Positions 1-7,341 of a stretch of DNA of 64,000 nt are shown here, one piece after another. The notes beneath the pieces are model-generated. The model did no database searches. It saw nothing but the letters and a program-made list of their open reading frames with translations, and was not told the origin of the DNA. Positions within the stretch are counted from its first letter, which is position 1. Each line of letters starts with the position of its first letter. The translations under genes were made by a program, and so were the position numbers. Source of the stretch: Candidatus Avelusimicrobium intestinipullorum (GTDB lineage Bacteria > Elusimicrobiota > Elusimicrobia > Elusimicrobiales > Elusimicrobiaceae); contig CALUXC010000005.1 of the NCBI GenBank assembly GCA_944324635.1, forward strand, positions 4,691 to 68,690, in the 5' to 3' direction.

Positions 1-15
1 AAAAAGAAAAGTTTT

Positions 16-21
16 TATAAT
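16..21 (+). promoter_or_regulatory. Possible -10 box (TATAAT) upstream of the structured segment
   Basis: Exact TATAAT at 16-21; the -35 region would fall outside the window; AT-rich context makes a chance match possible. Confidence 0.3.
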
Positions 22-50
22 AGATGATATTGGAAAAGGAGTATTTTTGT

Positions 51-303
51 GTTCCATAAGCCTTAAACGTGGCTTATATACAATTTTGAATCTGTTTTTG
101 GAACCGTATGCAGAATACGGTGCGCTGTTGGGAATACCAACGGCACATTCTGAGTCCAAAAACAACCGTTTTTAGGCACAGTATGCTCGAGCTGATCCCT
201 TGAGTGTACCGTGCCGAGTGTTTCCTGCCCAGTTGGGCAGGAAACCACGGCTGTTTATATTTGGGTTACTCAGAATGGCTCAAATGTAACAGCCGTTTTT
301 GTT
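51..303 (+). ncRNA. Candidate structured RNA or 5' leader of unknown family (multi-hairpin, pseudoknot)
   Basis: No credible ORF. Stems 56-62/71-77, 103-109/115-121, 124-131/137-144, 156-163/168-176, 181-191/199-209, 220-230/235-245, 248-267/277-295. Loop 268-276 (ACTCAGAAT) is exactly complementary to linker 147-155 (ATTCTGAGT). G-U pairs favour the + strand. Confidence 0.55.
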
Positions 304-365
304 TCTCCATTTTTGCTTCTTGTTATTCTTGAGCCCGAGGAAGTCAAGTCTAGTAAGGAGAAAAA

Positions 366-872
366 ATGAGTCCACTTAGAGTTATACTCTCTGCAATGCT
401 AATCGCAAGCCTTACAGGTTGCGCCAGTTATCAGGTAACTACAAAAAATTCACGAAGTGTCCCCCTGGATTCGAATCGGCCCGTATATATTGCCTTAACA
501 CAGGGAGAATATCCTCAAGAGAATCAAGAAACACAAAATACTTTTGTTCAAGAATGGAGGTCCTACTCCAAACAAGTAATCCCCCTGAAAACTCCTTCTT
601 CATTACGAGAAGCCATCAAAAAAGCTCAATTACTAGGAGAGGGTTATTTGGTTTATCCGTTAGTAAAACAATGGGAAGACCACAACACGCCTTGGTCTAC
701 CATTAGAGATAAAGTTCAAATATCAGTTGTATTAATAGACATAAAAAGCGGTCGAATATTAGATAAAAGTGTACTAAATGGCAAGAGTACCACCTGGACC
801 ATGAAAAACACGACCCCTTCGATTATTCTGCCTAACTTAGTTAATCGCTATATAGAACCTTTGTATAAATAG
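366..872 (+). CDS. DUF4823-like lipoprotein
   Basis: SD AAGGAG at 355-360; lipobox LTGC; WEDHNTPWS..RDKV motif resembles DUF4823. Confidence 0.7.
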   Translation: MSPLRVILSAMLIASLTGCASYQVTTKNSRSVPLDSNRPVYIALTQGEYPQENQETQNTFVQEWRSYSKQVIPLKTPSSLREAIKKAQLLGEGYLVYPLVKQWEDHNTPWSTIRDKVQISVVLIDIKSGRILDKSVLNGKSTTWTMKNTTPSIILPNLVNRYIEPLYK

Positions 873-883
873 GAGACATTAAT

Positions 884-2797
884 ATGACCACAATATTACT
901 TATCTTACTAGCTGCCGTTGGAATCGGTGGCGGATTAGCAGCTTCTGGCGGAAGCAGCGGCGGAAGTGATGGCGGCTATGAAAATCCAGTTCAGCCTGGC
1001 GAAAAGCCAGAAATTATCAGCTTATTAACATCGATAGATCGCTATCAACAAACCCAACAAGTCGGTGAAATTTCTGTAGCAGAATCCTCTTTAATTGTAA
1101 GAGGAGAACGGCCCGTTGTAGAAAATGGCAGATTTAAATACAACATTGATCCCGACAGAGGAGAATTAGAAGATGTTTACGAACCCTACACGGTTTCTAT
1201 CGGAGTCAATGATTATAGCCACTCAGATGATTATGCAGACTATTACGAACACCAAGGAGATACTATTAAAGGCTTGTACAACTACAAAGAACACTCTTAT
1301 GAACCTGACAATTGGATCGATATGGAAGTAGTGTCCCGTGATATTTTAGCTTTGGGTGGGCAAAAGTTAGGATTAAAAAGCAGCGATTTTGGGTATCATA
1401 ATAATTCCATTAGTTTTTCTTCTTTCGGAGAATTACCCTGGTATGAACCTTTCTATTTGTATGATACTACCAAGATTGCATCAACCGACCGAACCGATAC
1501 CGCCACTTATCAAGGGCACCTATTGGGCGGGGTAGAATTGGTAGAAACCGAAAGTGGTTATGCAGCAGGGAAAGATTATCTTCCTTTTACTGGGAATATT
1601 AACTTAAATATAGATTTTGCAAATAGAACTTTAAATGGAGATATGGCCACTGCTCTTGCCAGTTTAAGTTGGTATAAGTTTAACTTATCTGGGAATCTAT
1701 CTTCTTCCAGTGATTTTAATGTTAATTCAGTTTCCATTGATCACAATAGCCAGCCGGATTCTGCTCTCTCTAAATATAAACTCAATAGTGTGAATTATGC
1801 AACCGGCTCAGGAAAGTTATTAGAAGGCGAGACACAAGATGAAATAGTGGGAAAGCTTTCTTTTTGGGGAGAAAATTCTCAGTATAGCGTCTTTGTTAAT
1901 ACTTCTTTTGGTGCCATTTCACCCAAGCCTGAAGCGCCTGTTATTAAACCCAACTATAATTTAATTAGTGCTTTAACAGATAAACAACAATATCCAGATG
2001 TCACTTGGGAGGTACCCACCGATGAACTTGCGGCGCCAGCTTTTTATACTCAAAGTGGATTTATGAAACCTTCTGCTCAGTTAGCAGAAAATAGCATAAT
2101 GCTAACTACAGCGGCTCCTATATTAAATAATGGGGTATTTTCTAATCATACCTTCAATGGGATGTTATCTAGTGAAATTAATTTTCAACCTGAAACCATC
2201 TATTTAACAGAAGCCAATTTAACCCAAAGTACAGCTTATGAAAAAATATACACAGAATCCCGTTCTTGGACTGGACAATATAAAACTGGTTCAACCTCAT
2301 CCCCAGCATGGTCTACCAAACAAATCAATCGTCTCAACGTAGTAGGGCTAGGGGGAAGCAAATTGGGATTAACAGCAAGTGATTTTGGATATTGGAAAGT
2401 AAGTGAAGAAGGAAGTTTCTGGCACCTTAATGTCCCTTATTATTATCTATATATGTACGATAATACGAAACTTGCTAAAAACATACAACAAGATTCAGCC
2501 CAGCTCAAAGGGTATTTGTTACCCAATCACTATGAAATGAATATGAACTTTAACTTTGCCACAAACAAACTAACTGGTAATGTATTTGATTCTTCGGCTG
2601 GTTCTAACCTGTTTGATTATACGGGAGACGTTTATAATGCTGGATTCCGCTTGCAAAGTATTGCGCCAGATTCTCACACTGGATCATATTGGTGGGGAAA
2701 TGGAACGTTACTGACAGGAAATGAGGGATTGGAAGCAGTTGGTTATATTGCCAACTCCAATCAACGCTATTCTTTTGGTGCTAAAGAAATAAAATAA
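884..2797 (+). CDS. Bilobed TbpB-like (transferrin-binding-protein-like barrel) surface or secreted protein; probable Slam substrate
   Basis: Hydrophobic N-terminus plus Gly/Ser linker; two internal repeats (LGGQKLGLKSSDFGY / LGGSKLGLTASDFGY); barrel-type strands ATYQG, LNIDFANRTLNG, FNFATNKLTG; lobes end FGAI and FGAK; adjacent to Slam. Confidence 0.7.
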   Translation: MTTILLILLAAVGIGGGLAASGGSSGGSDGGYENPVQPGEKPEIISLLTSIDRYQQTQQVGEISVAESSLIVRGERPVVENGRFKYNIDPDRGELEDVYEPYTVSIGVNDYSHSDDYADYYEHQGDTIKGLYNYKEHSYEPDNWIDMEVVSRDILALGGQKLGLKSSDFGYHNNSISFSSFGELPWYEPFYLYDTTKIASTDRTDTATYQGHLLGGVELVETESGYAAGKDYLPFTGNINLNIDFANRTLNGDMATALASLSWYKFNLSGNLSSSSDFNVNSVSIDHNSQPDSALSKYKLNSVNYATGSGKLLEGETQDEIVGKLSFWGENSQYSVFVNTSFGAISPKPEAPVIKPNYNLISALTDKQQYPDVTWEVPTDELAAPAFYTQSGFMKPSAQLAENSIMLTTAAPILNNGVFSNHTFNGMLSSEINFQPETIYLTEANLTQSTAYEKIYTESRSWTGQYKTGSTSSPAWSTKQINRLNVVGLGGSKLGLTASDFGYWKVSEEGSFWHLNVPYYYLYMYDNTKLAKNIQQDSAQLKGYLLPNHYEMNMNFNFATNKLTGNVFDSSAGSNLFDYTGDVYNAGFRLQSIAPDSHTGSYWWGNGTLLTGNEGLEAVGYIANSNQRYSFGAKEIK

Positions 2798-2804
2798 TTA
2801 ATTT

Positions 2805-2833
2805 AGGGCCTTAACAGAATATGTTAGGGCCCT
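2805..2833 (+). terminator. Hairpin between cargo gene and Slam (weak terminator or mRNA stabiliser)
   Basis: AGGGCCTTAACA-GAATA-TGTTAGGGCCCT, followed only by TTCTC. Confidence 0.5.
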
Positions 2834-2840
2834 TTCTCAT

Positions 2841-4154
2841 ATGAAAAAAATATTATCTTGTTTATATTGCTTACTTTTCCCCTTCTATGCTTGGGCATTC
2901 GATACACAGCGGGCAGAAATATTGCTGGCTGGTAATAATATTGAAGGAGCCCAACAGGCTTTAATTGAAGAATACCAAAAAACCCACAACAATCAGGAAA
3001 AAGAACAAATTCAATTTCTGATTGCCCAACTCTCTTTACAAAAGAAAGATTATGAAGAAGCTGCCTCTATATACCGAAAAATACTTTCAGATAATCCTTC
3101 TCTCACTCAAGTGCGATTAGAATTAGGTTTTGTATATTTTTTACAACACAAAGACGATGCCGCCCGCTACCATTTACGACTGGTGCTATCTGAAAAAGAT
3201 TTATCCCCTATCATAAAACAAAATATACACAATCTGTTAGAAGTTATGAGACGTCGGAGATCCTGGCAACTATACATTAGTGTAGGAATGGCCCCGGATT
3301 CTAACATTAATACAATGTCTGGAAGGAGACTGGAATGCTTTAATTTTATGGGACTTCCTTTTTGTAGAGAATTAGATAACATAGAATCGGATGTTGGATT
3401 TCAAGGATTTGGTTCTCTATCCTATATTTATAAATTAAGCGATAATTGGGGATTAAAAGGACGCTTGATATTAGATAGCATTGATTATAGTGATGATCGA
3501 TATTCTTTTTGGGGAATAGGTGGAGAATTTGGTCCACATTATATAGTAGGGCGCTCTGAGTATGGCCTAGGAGTTTCTTATCGCCAACAATGGAATGATG
3601 AAAGTCGCTATAATACAACGAAAGGGCTCTTCGGAGATTTTTCAGCCGATATTTCTAATAGATTGTCTTTATATGGGCGCTTCAATCTAGACCAAGCAAA
3701 TTATAATGATTATGAATATCAGGGATACAATTCTCATAACTATGCATCATTCTTTCGTTTAATGTATGGCATAAATAACAGGAGTTATGCGTCTTTATCT
3801 GCTTCTTTAATTTATGAACGTAGCCAAAGTGATTGGAATAATAATATTCGTCAAAGATATGCTTTGGGATATGGGAGAGAGCTGCCGTGGGGATTTAACA
3901 TATATGCAGAACCAAATATTACTTTTGCTAACTACCAGGGGAAACGTCTTTTTATTGGAAGAAATAATAATTTAGAAGAAGTGAAAAGACAAGACATCAC
4001 GTACGGAGTTTATCTATCTCTAAGTAACAAATATCTGCGATTTTGGGATATTACTCCAACTGTAAATTTTATTTATAACCAACGGACTTCTAATGTATAT
4101 AATTATGATTATGAACGTACCCGTTGGGAAATAGGACTTAGCAAGAGTTTCTAA
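2841..4154 (+). CDS. Surface lipoprotein assembly modifier (Slam / DUF560 / type XI secretion) outer-membrane protein
   Basis: Signal peptide; TPR-like helices (YRKILSDNPSLTQVRLELG..YF); GMAPDSNIN at barrel start; amphipathic beta-strands ending WEIGLSKSF. Confidence 0.85.
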   Translation: MKKILSCLYCLLFPFYAWAFDTQRAEILLAGNNIEGAQQALIEEYQKTHNNQEKEQIQFLIAQLSLQKKDYEEAASIYRKILSDNPSLTQVRLELGFVYFLQHKDDAARYHLRLVLSEKDLSPIIKQNIHNLLEVMRRRRSWQLYISVGMAPDSNINTMSGRRLECFNFMGLPFCRELDNIESDVGFQGFGSLSYIYKLSDNWGLKGRLILDSIDYSDDRYSFWGIGGEFGPHYIVGRSEYGLGVSYRQQWNDESRYNTTKGLFGDFSADISNRLSLYGRFNLDQANYNDYEYQGYNSHNYASFFRLMYGINNRSYASLSASLIYERSQSDWNNNIRQRYALGYGRELPWGFNIYAEPNITFANYQGKRLFIGRNNNLEEVKRQDITYGVYLSLSNKYLRFWDITPTVNFIYNQRTSNVYNYDYERTRWEIGLSKSF

Positions 4155-4208
4155 GAATTGATTTTAATCCTATTTACAATATATTTCCTTACTTGTTGTT
4201 ACATAACA

Positions 4209-4243
4209 TAGGGTGCTTGGGATTAGACTCCTCAAGTGCCCTA
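4209..4243 (+). terminator. 13-bp hairpin downstream of Slam
   Basis: TAGGGTGCTTGGG / CTCAAGTGCCCTA with three G-U pairs; no U-tract. Confidence 0.4.
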
Positions 4244-4467
4244 AATATTCATCAATAGCCACAAACCCTAAAGTTGTAGCGGACGGGTCCAAAATGTCAT
4301 TTTTAGGCCGAATTTAATGTCTCAAGACACCTTGCAAAAAGTTATAAGAAGGGCCTTTTTGACCATTTTTAAGGGTTCTTTCTCGTCGGAAAAGCAAAAT
4401 ATGCCAATAAATGACATTGGTGGAGAAAAAGTTGTAAAAGTATTCTAAAAGCGAACCCCATATTTAC

Positions 4468-4542
4468 TCCCATCGAACTTTGGATGGGATTTTTTAATGC
4501 CTTTTTAGCTTGTTTATCCCCGGCTATCGTCGGGGATTTTTT
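4468..4542 (+). terminator. Two consecutive intrinsic-terminator-like hairpins
   Basis: TCCCATC/GATGGGA + T-run (4468-4495) and ATCCCCG/CGGGGAT + T-run (4516-4542). Confidence 0.55.
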
Positions 4543-4782
4543 GTTTTGGGCCGCACAGGCCCCAACAGATACTTTTGTCTATGGCGCATTTGGGACCCAA
4601 GAGCAAGGGCAAAAGGTATCTTTGTATCCTTTTGCCCTTACTTACAAACAAGCTGCATTCCTTAAAAACGTCAGAAAATACTATCTCAGCCTTACGGCAA
4701 CTCACAGCTTTTAACTCTTGCAAACTATCGGAAATGCATTATCTTCCGTCTCAGATTCTCGCTTCCGCCCGAAAGGTGCTGC

Positions 4783-5403
4783 CTATTTATCTGCCAAACA
4801 CAAGTCTGCATGAACTTTAGCTTCTTGTGTGCTTGGCTCCTGAATGACTTTTAGCACTTTAGCAGGCACTCCGCCCACTACCGTTCGAGGAGGGACATCT
4901 CGGGTTACCACCGCCCCCGCGGCAATCACGGCACCGTCCCCGACTCTCACCCCGGGCACAACGGTGGCATTGGCGCCCACCCATACGTTTTTCCCGATAA
5001 AAATAGGTTCCGGAATGGTGGTCCCGCGGTCCTGCGGTTCCAAAGCATGGTTCAAGGTGGCCAGCACTACATTATGCCCAATTAAGGCGCCATCATCAAT
5101 ATATATTCCGCCTTGATCCTGGAAACGACAGCCGGAGTTAATAAACACGTTTTTGCCAACCGTAATATTTTTACCACAATCGGTATAGAACGGCGGGAAC
5201 ATACGAAAGGAAGGGTCCACCGGTTTGCCGATTAATTCGGAGAATAACGCCCGTATTTCTTCCGGCTCATGATAACTGCCATTTAACCGGGCTGTAATAC
5301 GCATAGCGTCTTGCGCCAGCTTTGTCATATATTGATGCACCAGGGATCCGCCTTGCACAGGACGGCCTTGATTAACGTGATCTAAAAATTTTTTCAATTC
5401 CAT
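4783..5403 (-). CDS. Sugar O-acetyltransferase, hexapeptide-repeat (maltose/galactoside acetyltransferase family)
   Basis: PPFYTDCGKNITVGKNVFINSGC, IGKNVWVGANATVVPGVRVGDGAVIAAGAVV, VGGVPAK. Confidence 0.9.
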   Translation of the reverse strand: MELKKFLDHVNQGRPVQGGSLVHQYMTKLAQDAMRITARLNGSYHEPEEIRALFSELIGKPVDPSFRMFPPFYTDCGKNITVGKNVFINSGCRFQDQGGIYIDDGALIGHNVVLATLNHALEPQDRGTTIPEPIFIGKNVWVGANATVVPGVRVGDGAVIAAGAVVTRDVPPRTVVGGVPAKVLKVIQEPSTQEAKVHADLCLADK

Positions 5404-5412
5404 TTTCCTCTC

Positions 5413-6270
5413 CTATGCTTCCACTGGGCATTGCTGTATGATCTGGCAATTGGCCCCCGGGAGACGATTCTCATCTAAAATAATCTCTCCAATATGCGCC
5501 GCGCGGATATATCCTTTTTGAGGATTTTTTACGCTAATAATATCCGTAGTAATATCCGCTTGCACTTCGCTATACTCAAAGGCTAAATCGGCGTCTATCA
5601 TTTCACAGTTTTTAAGCACCAGGTTTTTGGCATAACACAGAGGTTGTGTCCCCATTATTTTGCAGTTAATAAAGGTTAAATTTTTGGAGTACCAGCCCAA
5701 ATACTCGCCCTTCACCAAACTATCTTCCACAGTCACATTTTCACTATGCCAGAAAGCGTCTTTCGTGTCTAACACACTGTGGCGAATAGACAAGTTTTTA
5801 ACATACTGAAAAGAATATTTGGCTTTCATGTCCAAACGGTTAATTTTTACATCTTGGCAATCCAAAAAAGGATATTCAGACACCAAACTACAGCGACTAA
5901 GAGACAAATCCCTGCATTTCCAACCAAATTCCGAAGAGTTAATTTGGCAATCTTCCAAAGAAATTCCGCGTCCTTCCCGCACGGCCTTTATGCCGCCTAC
6001 AGAACATTTCTGCAAGCGAACGTCTTTGTTGTACCACAAGGCCGCCCGGCAATCTGCATTCATTCGGCATTCCTCCAGGGTGCTATGATCCACATGCCAC
6101 AAGGGGTAACGCAAGCGAAAGTCACAATCCGCTATATGCAAAGAACCCGCCTCTTTTAAGGCAGATTCCCCATCAGCTGGCCCATCAAAAACACAATGCC
6201 GAACTTCCGCATTTTTGATACCATACAAAGCCCGTTCCTGATCTAACACTAAATCCGTATATTGTTTCAT
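5413..6270 (-). CDS. DUF3737 family protein
   Basis: ERALYG, DGESALKE, LRYPLWH, SEYPF, LDTKDAFW, GEYLGW, GTQPLCY motifs; beta-helix-like repeats. Confidence 0.85.
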   Translation of the reverse strand: MKQYTDLVLDQERALYGIKNAEVRHCVFDGPADGESALKEAGSLHIADCDFRLRYPLWHVDHSTLEECRMNADCRAALWYNKDVRLQKCSVGGIKAVREGRGISLEDCQINSSEFGWKCRDLSLSRCSLVSEYPFLDCQDVKINRLDMKAKYSFQYVKNLSIRHSVLDTKDAFWHSENVTVEDSLVKGEYLGWYSKNLTFINCKIMGTQPLCYAKNLVLKNCEMIDADLAFEYSEVQADITTDIISVKNPQKGYIRAAHIGEIILDENRLPGANCQIIQQCPVEA

Positions 6271-6310
6271 ATAGATTCTCCTCTGTTAGAACAGTCTAAA
6301 AAAAACAAAA

Positions 6311-6356
6311 TGATATATCAAATACTTATTTTTTATGATATTATATGCATATAATA
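6311..6356. promoter_or_regulatory. Palindromic operator candidates in the divergent LysR/DUF3737 promoter
   Basis: Perfect 18-bp palindrome TATTATATGCATATAATA (6339-6356) and TGATATATCA (6311-6320). Confidence 0.4.
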
Positions 6357-6376
6357 AATATAATTTTGGGGGATAT

Positions 6377-7264
6377 ATGGATTTGCGTGTATTGCGGTTT
6401 TTTCTGGCGGTAGCACAAGAGGGTAATGTTTCGCGTGCGGCGCAAGCGGTGCATATATCCCAGCCGAATCTTTCGCGGCAAATAATGGCTCTTGAAAGGG
6501 AATTAAAGACTCTGTTATTTGAGCGCGGTACCAAAAAGAGGCATTTAGTATTAACCAAAGAAGGAGAACTGCTGCGCAAACGCGCGGAAGAACTGATAAC
6601 GCTGGCCGATAAAACCCGGGCGGAATTTTCCTCCCCCGTTGGGCAAATCACGGGAGATTTGTATATTGGCGGAGGAGAAACCGACGGAATGCGTTTAATT
6701 GCCAAAGCCCTACGCCACATGCAAAGGCAACACCCGCTGGTGCGTTATCATCTGTTCAGCGGCAATGCCACCGATGTGACGGAACGGCTGGACAAAGGTT
6801 TATTAGATTTTGCACTGCTTATCGGAGCGGCCAAGCTGGAGCAATATGATTACATTACCTTGCCACAACAGGACCGCTGGGGCCTGCTGCTCCCGGTCCA
6901 ACATCCGTTGGCCAAGCGTTCGGCTATCCGTGCAGAAGATTTGGAAGGGGTTCCGCTGTTGGTTTCCCAGCAGGCAGAGCGTTACAATGAATTATCCGGC
7001 TGGTTTGGCCAAACTTCTCACAAGCCGGATATTGTGGCCACTTATAACCTGATTTATAATGCAGCCATACTGGTAGAAGAAAAAATCGGCTGCGCCTTAA
7101 CGCTGGAAAGGCTGGTAAACACTTCGGGAGAGTCCCCTCTTTGCTTCCGCCCGCTAGAACCGGCCGTCTATTCTCCGTTGTATTTAATATGGAAAAAACA
7201 CGCTATTTTCTCAAAAGCGGCAGAACAGTTTTTGAAAGATATTCGCAACTTATGCCATATATAG
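6377..7264 (+). CDS. LysR-family transcriptional regulator
   Basis: MDLRVLRFFLAVAQEGNVSRAA..HISQPNLSRQI HTH plus substrate domain; start moved to ATG 6377 after GGGGGA. Confidence 0.95.
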   Translation: MDLRVLRFFLAVAQEGNVSRAAQAVHISQPNLSRQIMALERELKTLLFERGTKKRHLVLTKEGELLRKRAEELITLADKTRAEFSSPVGQITGDLYIGGGETDGMRLIAKALRHMQRQHPLVRYHLFSGNATDVTERLDKGLLDFALLIGAAKLEQYDYITLPQQDRWGLLLPVQHPLAKRSAIRAEDLEGVPLLVSQQAERYNELSGWFGQTSHKPDIVATYNLIYNAAILVEEKIGCALTLERLVNTSGESPLCFRPLEPAVYSPLYLIWKKHAIFSKAAEQFLKDIRNLCHI

Positions 7265-7341
7265 CACGGTGTCCCCAATAGAAAATACCTAGCCCTGGCT
7301 GAAAGAAAGAATCCCAGGCATAACAGAAAATTAGTGCCGCC

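Noticed and set aside
94-125. GTTTTTGGAACC like a type II CRISPR repeat/tracrRNA, and GAACCGTATGC...TACGGT like group II intron domain V
   Set aside because: Single short matches; no repeat-spacer array or cas gene; the hairpin is too short and lacks the domain V bulge and a following domain VI
119-216. Resemblance to a TPP riboswitch (GGTGC...CTGAG...CTGATC)
   Set aside because: Lacks the GGnTAATnCCnGCGnAGG sensor helix and correct spacing; the downstream genes are not thiamine-related
63-248. 61-aa minus-strand ORF
   Set aside because: No SD or recognisable motif; it overlaps the hairpin-rich segment, which is better explained as structured nucleic acid
336-348. GAGGAAGTC similar to the RNase P GAGGAAAGTCC motif
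   Set aside because: Imperfect match placed at the 3' end with no matching AACAGAA partner
2805-2833. attC-like look (..TAAC / GTTAGGG) suggesting integron cassettes
   Set aside because: Far shorter than an attC site, no L boxes, not repeated after the other genes, no integrase in the window
4484-4820. Small ORFs of 69-81 aa on both strands
   Set aside because: They cross terminator hairpins, have no SD or motifs, and overlap each other
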